A stretch of DNA of 64,000 nt. Origin: Cercozoa sp. M6MM. Taxonomy: Eukaryota > Protista > Endomyxa: Ascetosporea. The notes beneath the pieces were generated by a model. It saw only the letters and a program-made list of their open reading frames with translations, did not search any database and was not told the DNA's origin. The stretch lies in assembly GCA_040357565.1 (NCBI GenBank), contig JBDODJ010000016.1; one strand, written 5' to 3'. Shown here one piece after another: positions 1 to 11,411 of the stretch (position 1 is the first letter of the stretch; every line of letters starts with the position of its first letter). The translations under genes were made by a program, and so were the position numbers.

Positions 1-3000
1 TTTCCAGGGGTTTCTGACGTGTGTTTTCTGTCGAGCTCTGACTCTGGCCCTTCTGAGAGGGCGTTGCGGTTCATTGTTTTTGCTGTTTCGGGTCTGCTTT
101 TTCAGTTTCTTGTGGTCTTTGTTTATTTTGATCCAGTTTCTCCTGTTGTGGTTGTTCCTTCCTTTCTTTGCTTCTTTGTCTGCTAGTTCGTTGAGGTGAA
201 TGTCGATGTGTGATGGTACCCAGTGTACCGTGATGTGCATGTCCTTTGTTAATTCCTTCAGTTGTGCATCAATCTCATCCATCTCTGTTTTTTGAGGTGT
301 TGTCAGGTGCAAGATTGTTCCTTTATTGTCAATCAGGAGTGCGATACGGGTTTCTCCTTTTTCTTTAGCGTGTTTGATGCATTGCATTATGGCAACTCTT
401 TCTGCATCATAGATAGTCGCGTTGGTGATTTTGCCATTGCCAAATCTTAGTCTTCCATTGACTGGTTTTCCTGATGTCCAGCCGTAGCCTGCTTCGTTTC
501 CGGCAAGGCTGCCGTCAGTTGCGTACACTTGTTGTATCTCTGCTCTGTTTGAGAGGTCACGTATCAGTTGGAGCCATTTGTGCTTGTGGTGTTCAGCATC
601 CATCGCATTTTCCGTATTGACCATGTCTCGTGTTCTCTGGGTCTGTTCTCTGTCTTGATGATCCTTCCGAGAATCTTTCTCCTTCTTTGTGGTATTTCGC
701 TCAGTTCAGCGTCGGTGATCTTGCGGTTTGTGGCTGCTCTTCTCCAAGCGGAAATTGGTGTGGTGTCAGTTTGTAGACACAGTGTGCTCTCTTTAGCGTA
801 GTGATTGATTAGTTCTGTCGCTTCTGCTCGTTCTGCCATCTCTTCGATTGTTCTTGTGTCGGTGATGGTGTACACTGCCTCGTTGGGAGAGCTCGTGGGT
901 AGTCTCATGCAGATCCTCAAGGCGGTGCGTTGTGTTATTTCGAGTTTTCTCCTCCATTTTGTGCTGCCTATTTTGTGCCACCAGAGCGCGATGCCGTATC
1001 GAGCGCATGACAGTATCCATGCTTTGTAGATCTGTACCGCTAGGTATTGTGTGAGTCCAGACCTCGTGTAAATCAGTCTTTTCAGTGTGCTGATCCTCCG
1101 AGTGATTTTGTGGTGTAGTTGCTCTGCGTGTGCCTCGTACGACAGGTTTCTGTCTATGAGGAGACCTAAGATTCTCATTTTGTCTACTTGCTTAATGTCT
1201 TCTCTCTCGTTGTCGTGGGACAGTGTTTTCATTCTGATTTTGAGGTCTCTGATAGTCTTCTTTCCCAGTTGGATGAACTGAGTCTTTGTGGGTGCAAATT
1301 CCACGCCGTTGCGTTTTGCCCAGGTGGTGGCCGTGTCCAAGAGGCGCTTACAAGCTTCCTGCATGTCTGATCTCTTTGTTGTCCTTACTATGACGTATGA
1401 GTCATCGGCGTATCCGACACTGTGTGCAGTGGTTACTGCTCCTTTAATTTTATAGTTTCGGGGGTGTCGTTTCATGTGTTCTCCTGTTCTTTGCAGTTGT
1501 ATGTGCATGTCATCGAGGAAGGTCTTTGCGAGTAGAGGGCTGCAGATGGCCCCTTGGGGAGTACTGCCGTTGACTTGTTTGTCTGTTGATTCGGTGTCGT
1601 TTCTTCTCACCGAGATAGTTCTGTCTGAGAGGAAGGACTCCATGAGTAGCAGTTCTTTGCCATTCACATGTTTAGACAGGGCAATGATTGCGCCCTCTTT
1701 GTGGAGCTTGTCGAAGAAGCCTTTGATGTCTAGACTAATGACTGTCATGTACTCACCTGCTCTCTTTGCCATTTCTGCCTGCTGTTGTATGTAAGCCAGT
1801 GTGTCCAGCGTTGACATGTGTTGTTTCCACCCAGATTGGTACTTGGATACATACTGTGTGTTCATTTGTTGGGATGCTCTCTCGTTCAGGAGTTTGTCCA
1901 GTAGCTTGCCGAGGCACGGCAGCAGCGAGATGGGTCGGTAGGAAGCTGCCTTTGTACAGTCCTTGCCAGGCTTGGGTAGCATCACTATAGTTGCATGTTT
2001 CCATGCCTTCGGGAAGTACCCATGTGTGAGACAGGCATTGTAGACCTTCAGTAGCAGTTGTTTGGCCTCATCTGGTAGGTGTATGATGTGGTGGTTCATG
2101 ATTTTGTCTCTGCCAGGTGCCTTGAAAGGTGGAAGAGTGTTGATTGCAGCTTCCAGTTCGTCCATTGTCCATGGTTTTGGTACTTGTTGCAGTTGTGCTG
2201 CCTGTTGTAACACCTCTTGGTGTTGTTGTGTGAATCTGTTCTCTCCGAGTGCTTCATTGTTCATTGCGAATTGGGACCAGTCTAGTGTGGTTTTCTTTTG
2301 CAAGTGTTCTGCGAAGATCTCTGCGATTGCTTCGTCTTCTGAGGCACCCTCTATTGTTGAGGCTCTGGTAGCGCCGTTTGTTTCTCTGTCGTTGATGTTT
2401 CTCAGTAGTCGAGTGGTCTCCCCGATTGTTGTGTGTGCGTTCAGTCTGGCCACTCTCTCCTGCCATAGTGCTTGTCTATCAATGCGAAGGCTTTGTCTGA
2501 GTTGTTTTCTCATGTTTTTGAGGAGTGCTTCGAGTTCAGACGCATCTTCATTTTTGTTTTTCAGTTCCTTAATGAGTTTCATGGTGCTATATGTGTTCCT
2601 CTTGATTTTTATCGAGTCGACCGATATGCCTAGGCAAGAGTGTTGGGTGATTATTTTGGTGGGTGTTGCCTCTTCTATGGCTTCCTGCATGGCTTTGGTG
2701 ATGTCTTCGACTGTGTCATTGATTTGCTCGATGTTGTCCACATCTCTCTCTTGTGATAGCAGTCGAATCGATTCATGTTCTTTGTATTTTTGGAGATCTA
2801 TCTTCTTGTAGTTCTTTCTCCGTATGGTGTGTTTTGGTTTACTCACTGCTCGTTCTACTGTGACCATAACAGCGTGGTGGTCGCTGTATAGGAAGTGCAG
2901 GTGATCGTAGACCGATATTGTAGATTGTGCTGAGATGACACTGTCAGCTATCGCGAGGTCTATCGTTGTTCTGGGCTTGGCCTCTGCCTCCTCGGACTCT

Positions 3001-3266
3001 GTAGCTGTGGGTTGGAGTGTACTTGTTGAGTATCTCCCAGTCATTTTCAGCTATTGCTTCTTGTAGTGCAATGCCTTGCTTGTTCGCCCGCGCTGATGTG
3101 GTTCTCGTTGTACCGTTGTCTACGTGTTCTTGGGAGTATCCAGCTTGATCTCTGGTATGTGCACACCACTTGGCGTGTTTTGCATTGAGGTCGCCAAGAA
3201 TGAGACCAGGCTCCTGTGTTCTACTGTGGAATTCCTTGAAGTCAGTTGTCAGTTGCTGCATTTGTT
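1..3266 (-). mobile_element. 5'-truncated non-LTR retrotransposon (LINE) with APE endonuclease, reverse transcriptase and RNase H; two frameshifts; runs off the window
   Basis: APE motifs ILGDLNAKH (ORF 2944..3345) and TIDLAI...SDHHAV (start of ORF 564..3044). RT motifs KAPGRD, WKHATIVMLPKPGK, YRPISLL, LDIKGFFD, TPQGAICSP, YADD. A shifted frame below ~600 reads YATDGS...DAERVAI...HWVPSHIDIHLNELADKEAK (RNase H). Intronless. Confidence 0.95.
564..3044 (-). CDS. LINE ORF2 central part (APE C-terminus + reverse transcriptase)
   Basis: 826-aa intronless ORF with canonical non-LTR RT motifs (YRPISLL, PQG, YADD, LGL). Confidence 0.9.
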   Translation of the reverse strand: MTGRYSTSTLQPTATESEEAEAKPRTTIDLAIADSVISAQSTISVYDHLHFLYSDHHAVMVTVERAVSKPKHTIRRKNYKKIDLQKYKEHESIRLLSQERDVDNIEQINDTVEDITKAMQEAIEEATPTKIITQHSCLGISVDSIKIKRNTYSTMKLIKELKNKNEDASELEALLKNMRKQLRQSLRIDRQALWQERVARLNAHTTIGETTRLLRNINDRETNGATRASTIEGASEDEAIAEIFAEHLQKKTTLDWSQFAMNNEALGENRFTQQHQEVLQQAAQLQQVPKPWTMDELEAAINTLPPFKAPGRDKIMNHHIIHLPDEAKQLLLKVYNACLTHGYFPKAWKHATIVMLPKPGKDCTKAASYRPISLLPCLGKLLDKLLNERASQQMNTQYVSKYQSGWKQHMSTLDTLAYIQQQAEMAKRAGEYMTVISLDIKGFFDKLHKEGAIIALSKHVNGKELLLMESFLSDRTISVRRNDTESTDKQVNGSTPQGAICSPLLAKTFLDDMHIQLQRTGEHMKRHPRNYKIKGAVTTAHSVGYADDSYVIVRTTKRSDMQEACKRLLDTATTWAKRNGVEFAPTKTQFIQLGKKTIRDLKIRMKTLSHDNEREDIKQVDKMRILGLLIDRNLSYEAHAEQLHHKITRRISTLKRLIYTRSGLTQYLAVQIYKAWILSCARYGIALWWHKIGSTKWRRKLEITQRTALRICMRLPTSSPNEAVYTITDTRTIEEMAERAEATELINHYAKESTLCLQTDTTPISAWRRAATNRKITDAELSEIPQRRRKILGRIIKTENRPREHETWSIRKMRWMLNTTSTNGSN

Positions 3267-3296
3267 CGCGCGAATACAGTAGATCATGCTGTAACA
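3267..3296 (-). mobile_element. 5' 30 bp of a solo-LTR-like element (25058 subfamily), interrupted by the LINE
   Basis: Minus strand TGTTACAGCATGATCTACTGTATTCGCGCG matches 25058-25087 TGTTACAGCATGAACTACTGTATCCGCGCG at 28/30, then switches to LINE sequence. Confidence 0.8.
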
Positions 3297-3351
3297 AACT
3301 AAAACGCGGAATGTCACCAGGGATCAGTTTCTCGTTTCCATGCAACTCGAG

Positions 3352-3539
3352 TCACCCAATTCGACCATCTTGCAGTCGCTTCATTGCAAGCTCGTCGTAG
3401 CGCGCTGAGCCAAAAAATTCCACACCACTGCAGCTGAGATAGTGGTGTCGATTGCTGTTGGGACCGGTCTACGTAAAAATGACTCTCAAGGCACGGATAC
3501 ACAAGACACGGAAACATAAGACACATGCAAGTGAAAAAA

Positions 3540-3591
<52 letters not shown>

Positions 3592-3601
3592 NNNNNNNNN
3601 N

Positions 3602-3649
<48 letters not shown>

Positions 3650-6600
3650 GTATACCTGTCGAACACGGAAGGCGCTAAACCAATCAAACCTCGTCAGGGG
3701 AAAGACGGCAACCTGTATATAGCATAGTGTTTTAAACCGTTGACCGAAATCAACGTTCACCAGGCACCTGCTCTCGTCGCCTCAACGTTGCGTTGTTTTC
3801 AAATGCACCAAGCGTATGCCAATGCACACCATTGTTACTTCCCTCGACAACAAAGTTGCGGAGAGCCTAGACAAAAAGAGTCATCGCATGTTTCATTTTA
3901 ATCCCAAGAATTAAGCACCTCCGTGTCCCAGCTGCTGTAGTGTCTCAGCGCGATATGAGTAAGTCTTGCTTGCATTCTGTAAGAGCAAGAAAACAGATTA
4001 AATCGTCACTGACACAATTGTGGTGCGATACCTCAATGTTGTCACCGCAGGGGTCAGCACACCGGAGGTCACAGTATCCTGGTTAAACTGTGGGGCTGGA
4101 GAGACACCCGCAGAGGGCAGACAAACCGAGATCCATTGGTCAGGCCTTGGTCTCGTCACAAGCCGACCTGCTTGCATACTTGTCAGGTGCACTACGCCGT
4201 GCAATACATGGGAGAACAAAAAGAGAAATAATTAATGAGGAATAAAACCAACAGGGAGGGCGTCGTGCATCCACGAAGAGGCAGCATTAACACAGAAAGC
4301 CGGACGAACTTCTGTACGGTCTACATTTGCCTGGCAGGGCAGACAGCACAAAATAGCGTACCATCCACAGTCGCAGGGTTTCGCCACTCTTTCGAGCCAC
4401 CGACGGTTCCCAAAAAGTACAACAAGCCGTGAAGCGGATTGCTCGCGTCAGGCGCGAAATCAACTTGCTTCAGCTGTGATGACGAGGGAGCACTAAAATG
4501 AAACTCCAACAGAACTCACAGCTTAAATACAGACACAAACACATAATGCATGGTGGGTACCTAGAAACTGACGCGCATTCCTTAGGAACAAGACTCTCGG
4601 ATACGCTTGCAACTTTGACTGCTCCGAAAAACTCAATCGATGACAGAGCGAGAAAACTGTGTTGATTGCTGTTCTCTCCAGTCTACAAACACAAGCTACG
4701 CACTTTTCGCAATCACCAACGATAATAACTAAACACCTGCCGGAGCCGGAAAAACCGGAAAAATGCATCACTGTTTTTGTTGGTTTTCCAGGCAGCAATC
4801 TACGAAAACATCAAATGCACCATCGATCTTAAGGAACGAAACTGGTACACTGCCGATTCCGTCCAATTCTCTAGCGTTCGTATGTTTCGACAAAATAACC
4901 CACTACGCAAATTAGGAAAATCACAAACATCCTGCCAAACACGATATGATATGCAGATACCTCGGTATCGCGTGCAGTGTTAGACCCTTCCAGCACAAAA
5001 TTTCGCAGGCACTCCGTGTCAAAACTATTGATCAGAGCTCATGAAAGTGTACTAGTGTAAAAACGGGAAATTAACCTGGCGTAGTGTTGCAATGCGAAAG
5101 CAGACACCTGGGCACGCGCTTTACCCAAATCGATGACCACTGACTATAGAGCCACATCATCACACAGAAGGAGCGGGACAGAGGAATTACCTGATCGGGC
5201 CGTGACTTGGTCACACATCTCACCTGAAGCACATCACGGTCACAATTAACACAACAGCACAGCACAGGACGATAGGATACGAGTTTTGTTGAGAGCAAAG
5301 CCGATGGAGGTTCGCAGCGTTTGCCCTTTGAGGACAACGCGACACGAACAGAGGGAAAGAAACAGCCTTCCGTCGCGGCCTTAAGAGATAGATTGTCTTC
5401 ACAAAGGCACGTGAAAATACAAGAGCGATGATACGGGATTTCGATACGAACCATTTCCTCGAACAGTTCCAAGAAAATTCAAAATTCCTTTGATTTCACT
5501 CTACAGAACAAAACGATAAAGAACACAACAGCGGTGCACACGCGCGAACATGGCCATTGATGTACCCAATTACGAGCCCGTTGGACCACAGAGGGATCGA
5601 AATCCAACTACATAGAGTAACAGACAAACAGTAAAATACACCATAAAATTAAGAGTTAACAACTGAGTTACGCGCTTGTGAACAGGTTGCAATGGGCATT
5701 TCATCTCACGGACGGTTCCAAAAAATTCAGCACCGCCAATCGCCAGTAAGTTATGCTAACCAAACAGACATGCCAAAAGGAATCGCATTTTTGCACTGCT
5801 TTGGCGACAAAAAAGGAGTACGTTGTTGCTGTTGAGACCGGTTTGTCGAAGTCGAAGTTGTGTGTAAAAGCGTTCGGTGCTTTGATTGGCACCAAATATG
5901 TACCATTGCGACCTACAGATGAGCATATGTCAACGTACGAGACACAACTAAACATAGACACCTCACCGATGAGTAATAGTGCAATCGTTTTTGTGCACAC
6001 TGAGTACATTCCAAGTCGATGTCTCCTCGTTAAAGCCCTCAAGTGCCCAGTTTCGCAAGGCTTCCGTGTCGAAACTTCGGTAGTGTCGAATTGCGTAATG
6101 AGTGACCTTGACGGCAAAGCCGTGCAGCTGGAACTTCACCTGCACACTCACATGTAAAACAGGAACTGCAGATACGCATCAGCAACAGGAACCATATAAA
6201 AAACACATATTGTCGAAACATATAACAACAAACCCAGTTGTTTTCCATGTTGCCTGTCACGATTCTTGAGGTAGTTCTTTCAAAAATCGTGTCAATATCA
6301 GCACTGTCCTTCAGGAGAGGCGTGGACGTGCACGTCACTAGACCAAGCGTGCGCGATGGGTGACTGCCCACATGACAGTGTAGTATCCATATCTTTTTGT
6401 TAAATGTCTACGACACAATACCGCCAACCGTGGACACGGGATGCAAGTTCGTAGATGATGCCCTTGCCGTCATGACTGGGGGGAACCTACAACAGTAGCA
6501 AAAGATCGGCTCAGTGCGCAAAGTGTACAGGGTCGCCAGCTAGTTACAAAAGAGGTACCAACGTTTCCTCAAAATCGTCTTGCAGTGACTGCAACAGTAC

Positions 6601-6950
6601 GTATGACTGGGCGGCAAGGTATGCCCTGAAAATACACACTCTTAGACAGTGCAAAACGCGTTGCTAGCACAGTACCGGCACAAGGGACTCAAGCCGAGCA
6701 AAGCTTCTCCCTCGGAAAACAGAAGCGCCTGCGAACAAAATTGTTATCGTATGTGCGTGTGAGAAAGCGAAGTGTACGACATCAACAGCGCTAACACAAA
6801 ACTCCTTCCGCAGACAGCCTAGAATCTGCTCTTTGGAGTCCGTGCAAACTTCTACATACCCAGACACACGTTCAGCAGACACCAAAAAACAACGTTACAG
6901 TATTTGAAAAATTGAGCCACACCAGACAGCCGTTCTGCAATGCATTCGAG
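3352..6950 (-). CDS. Multi-exon protein with three tandem discoidin/SUN-like (HECTD1- / At2g30600-type) domains; start approximate
   Basis: Repeated motifs: DGKGIIYELAS...THYAIRHYRSFDTEALRNWALEG...LAIGGAEFFG; KGILNFLGTVRGNGSYRNP; HGLLYFLGTVGGSKEWRNP...THIALRHYSSWDTEVLNSW...EGSNNGVHW...TGPNSNRHHYLSCSGVEFFG. Stop TGA at 3352-3354. Confidence 0.75.
3543..3648. repeat. (CA)n microsatellite spanning an assembly gap, intronic
   Basis: Direct sequence. Confidence 0.95.
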
Positions 6951-7166
6951 GGGTGTCTCGAAGCCTAACTGCCACATTCTATCTCTCAAACGATCATACA
7001 CACACTCTCAACGAGTGACAACGACTGTGCAGTACAGCGTCATCATCTTCTGGGCTCCAGGCGCTCACTTAAAAACAAATATGTATGAGCCAGCAGCTCC
7101 GGGACCAGCAAGCATCGCGACTGTAGAGCACATCTACTCCACAGCTGGGAAAGAACTATTTGACGC

Positions 7167-7583
7167 ATGATCCGCCGTCCTTTTTTGTTGATGCAGCGCG
7201 CTGGCTGCAGTCGCTTGTCGTTGGTTGCACAACCAGAGCTGCGCGTCCAGCGTCTTGAAGGCCGGGATACGGGCATCGTTCTTCTCACGATGGACCGTCC
7301 GCGTGCAAAAAATGCACTTGGTAGACAGTTGGTACAATTTTATGCAGGAAAATTCGAACCATTGTGTTTCCGTGCGATTCTTGCTTGGACTTCTTCAGCT
7401 GGGCGAACTCCGATCGGCTGTCGACTCGCTCCATGATGACAGGTGTATTGTATTTTTCGGATTGATGGTTTTGCGGCCACTTACTGCTAAACTGCGTCCG
7501 AATCTAAAAATAGGACTGCTCGAGTGGTTCTCCTCAACAGCAATGTCGACGGCGTGTTCTGCGCCGGTACCACAAAAAATGTG

Positions 7584-7671
<88 letters not shown>

Positions 7672-8338
7672 ATACCGTGCAATTTAGGCGCTGATCTGAA
7701 AGAAAGAGCTCAAATGACACAAGAGGGTAGCTTTTACCTGTGCAGGTTCGTGTGCGTACGTGTGCGTGTGCATTGTACTTAGAAACGGAGGCGTTTGTTA
7801 AAAACTTGCGTGATACGTTCTCTCTGCTTGGTGGTAGCCTGGTCAGACTCCTTCCTCTTTGTGGTGATAGCAAGCGTTTGTCTTATTGTTGGTAGAGCTT
7901 CCGCAGCCAACGATCGCGGCTGTTGACGGTGCTGCTATGGGAGGTGGTCTGGAGATCGCCATGGCATGTGATCTTCGAGTGGCTTCGCCTAGCGCTAAGG
8001 TACTGTGCCTCTTCGTGTTTCTGCTCTGCTTTATTTGGATCTGGACTATTAGTTTGGCTTGGTTGAGACTTCGCTCGCGATCATTCCTGGTGCAGGTGGC
8101 ACCCAGCGCCTTCCGCGTATTGTAGGTGTGCCACAGGTATGCCTGCTTTTTTCTGCGGCAGTGTGTTGTCAGGACCCTTGTCCCGTTGCTTAACAGGCGA
8201 AAGAGTTGATTTTTACCGGCCGTCGGTTTGCTGCCAGTTATGCCAAAGGTAGTTGCTTTTTTCGTTCATTGGTGGAGGTTAATTGTTCTCGTGTCTGCAG
8301 AAATTGGACTTGTAAACGCCATCTCGGAGAAAAATGGG

Positions 8339-8340
<2 letters not shown>
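7167..8340 (+). CDS. AUH: Mitochondrial enoyl-CoA hydratase / methylglutaconyl-CoA hydratase (AUH-like); 3' part lost at gap
   Basis: Spliced exons give [14 protein letters not shown]|[73 protein letters not shown]. Arg-rich N-terminal presequence. Confidence 0.88.
7586..7670. repeat. (TG)n microsatellite in AUH intron
   Basis: Direct sequence. Confidence 0.95.
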
Positions 8341-8387
<47 letters not shown>

Positions 8388-8397
8388 NNNNNNNNNN

Positions 8398-8445
<48 letters not shown>
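8341..8445. repeat. (CA)n microsatellite with assembly gap
   Basis: Direct sequence. Confidence 0.95.
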
Positions 8446-8449
<4 letters not shown>

Positions 8450-8479
8450 AAAACACACACAACAGAAAAACAAACGAAT

Positions 8480-9665
8480 ACATAAAACATGAAGCGCTGC
8501 GTCAAATCGAGGTCAATCGCGCCGAATTCTTGGTGAAAATGAAGCACTACTCGTTTCTTTGCCTCTGTGTCACCTGCAAAACTCCAACACGACACATACA
8601 GACAGGCGCGCGTGCGCAAATCAAAAATAAAACTCACTTTTCGACACGCCTTTGAAGCTTCCTTTCTGCTCAAGTAAAAGGGAGAAATGAAGAGGCTAGT
8701 ATTTCACAACGGGATCAGTACCTTAGACAGCAAACGTCGCAGCGATGGGCGGGAAGTTGACATAGTATCACCCGATGCTCTGCAATCACAGAGTACCCAT
8801 AGCACAAACGAGAAGTCGATCAACTACGCATCTTTGTCGTATTTGCTCGGCATCGCTGTTCGCGACGTAACACCGTCAATACAGTCCCAGAGTACTAAAT
8901 TAAGTCAGCAATCCACAGAAGTGTACGGGGCGAAAGAACAAAATATGGAGATTTACCATAGCGTTCAAGCAGCCGACTAAAGCTCATCAAGTTTTTGTAT
9001 GCCGGCGTATCGAGGACCTGCCTGTATGACAGACAAGTGTAAAACATACTTCACCCAGATGGTATAAAACTAGATACAATCGCCGCATGCTTTGACTGTA
9101 CGCAGCGAGTTTGTTGATCAGAGTCATCACTACAGCAAAGTCAACGAGAGCAAGCATAAACGCGTACGTTTGAGGTAATAGAAGGAACTTGTACATGTCA
9201 AACGCGTCATGGAGAGAGCCGCTTCGCCTCTCCCAAACGCTACGTTGATAGCCTGAACAGTCACCCAATACAATCGCTTTAATTGTTGCCGCAGCATACA
9301 AAAAAAGAAACTACTTGGAGGGACAGAGCAAGCGTGCGCTCGAACATGGACGTCTCGAACTCCTTAAACGCAAAAAAGTGAACTTCCGACAAGAGCTGTG
9401 TAGTAAAAGCCACTGAATCTGCAACGATTAACAAAGATAAACACCTGTCAAATTTACCTGCTGCGTGTGCCGAACGATTTGTCGACGAGAAGCGGCGCCA
9501 TCATTTCCCCCTAGCATGGATCGAATTAACACATCACGAAAACTTGGGAGAACGATGAGTACCGAATCGCTCGCTCACTAGATACTCGATCTGCCTCGCG
9601 CATAGTGATAATTAGCGCTCACAAAATAAATTGCAAATACCAAAGGCGTGCGCCATTTGCCACTG

Positions 9666-9737
<72 letters not shown>

Positions 9738-11163
9738 CTTGCTTTGAGTGGACTGAAGTGAGTTTGCATACTTCAAAGCAAGCTCTCGAGCAAGTCGGTC
9801 GGATCCCATCAAAATCGGTAACAACTAAAACGAAAGCGCAGTACAAAGGCACGGTGTGATGGTGCAAACTAATCGTTGACCAGAGCGCTTGGTACCAAAT
9901 GCTCTCGTAGAGTGAAATAAAATCGATCAGGAGGAAATCTCGACTGTTTACGCAAGATCAGATAAAGACAGCAGGAAGAACATATGAGCGTACCATCATG
10001 CAAGCGATAGCAACCACGTCTGGTGCATCCGACTTGGCCAGATCGAGCGAGCACAAGAAAGTATGCTGTGCCTCGCTTAAAGGGCCGCGCTTGATCGGTA
10101 CTGACAACGCACTCTCATGCTGTACAGAAGGCATCAGACTTCTTGTAGATGACAGACATCTTTGTTGGAATATCGTACAACGATTGCCGATGGTGGAGGA
10201 ACGGTTGGTTCGAAACGAAAGCGCAGCGAGATTTGACCTGATAATGCGCAGGCACTGGGTAAATGATACTTCAAAACGTATGTACACCAAACGTAAAATA
10301 GTACCGTGTTTGTGGGCAGGATTACGAAGAATGCACCACGTTTTAGCTTCCACCTGGCGCAAAAATTCAATCACACATCGATGTCAATATCAGTAGGACA
10401 TGAAATCGTACAGCGCCATCCACAGCAGTCGCATCTTGATTGAACAGCGACGCCAGCACGAAGGAGGTTCGGCCAAGAAAGTCATCTTTCGTAGCCCTGT
10501 CCCAGTCGTAGACCTAAACCATCAAAACACACCACCTGATTGTAACCTCTGATTAACGGATATGATTCACTCACATCGTACCTGCACATCGACCATGGCA
10601 GCAAAAGAAAAGACGGCGTCGCCAAACTCAAATTCCTCGTTCCAAATCTGCACAAACATGAAAACGATGACCTCCCAAGTTCCAATTAATTAAAACAAAA
10701 ACTTTACTGGCATCAGTGTGCGTTTGATAATTTGCGTACGGCGGATGTGCTCTTCGCCGTGGATATCAACGATTCGAACCTCAGCATACGGGTCGCTACT
10801 TCTGCACAGTTGATCTTAGCCAACTTACAGGCGGGTACAAGAGCCTGATACCGAGATATTGGGTCGCCTACAGCGAGATCAACGGCTGCACACACCCACA
10901 GGCGCAGTCTGCCCAACTGGTGAGAACAACGCCATGATGGACACGAAGATCTGGACCCTTCTTAGTACGCTTCAGTATCAATACCTGCGAGAGGCATCGA
11001 GAACGCGTGCCCTGTCCAACGCGCACCTGAAAAGGCTGCTCTTCGTCCTCGCTGTCACTAGAGCATTCTGTCGTCCGTGCGGACACTGTTAGGTGTCGGT
11101 GAAAATGTCGACTCGTTGCAAATAATACAAGAAAAACACACAAGGCAGGTCGTCTTCTGACAT
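8480..11163 (-). CDS. Multi-exon hypothetical protein; boundaries approximate, 3' end runs into gap
   Basis: Regular GT..AG-bounded exon-like blocks on the minus strand (MSEDDLP|SARTTECSSDSEDEEQPFQ; AVDLAVGDPISRYQALVPACK; LPQTYAFMLALVDFAVVMTLINKLAAY). No family recognised. Confidence 0.45.
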
Positions 11164-11411
11164 TCTCGAGCGTTGCAAACGACTGTATGTGAATGATCGG
11201 GAGTACTGTAGTCGAGAGGTAGCTGGTACCAGCACGAGACAGGTGGCTGGTTGCCAGGTGACCAAGAGTGCCGGGAACAACAAAGATCCAAAATTAAATG
11301 TGCTACTGAAACCGCGCCAGCGGGCGTAAGGCAGGTGCAGGCATTGTGCTGTTAGTAGCTGAATACTTTATCAGCATTTTGGTGTGTGCAACACCAGCTT
11401 CGTGTGGACAA

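Noticed and set aside
2062-2811. 249-aa plus-strand ORF
   Set aside because: Antisense shadow of the LINE RT ORF.
3314-3760. His-Thr or Cys-Val repeat proteins in the ORF track (also near 8.2, 9.6, 16, 20.3, 27.3, 33.2, 41.3 and 61.8 kb)
   Set aside because: Translations of intronic (CA/TG)n microsatellites and N gaps.
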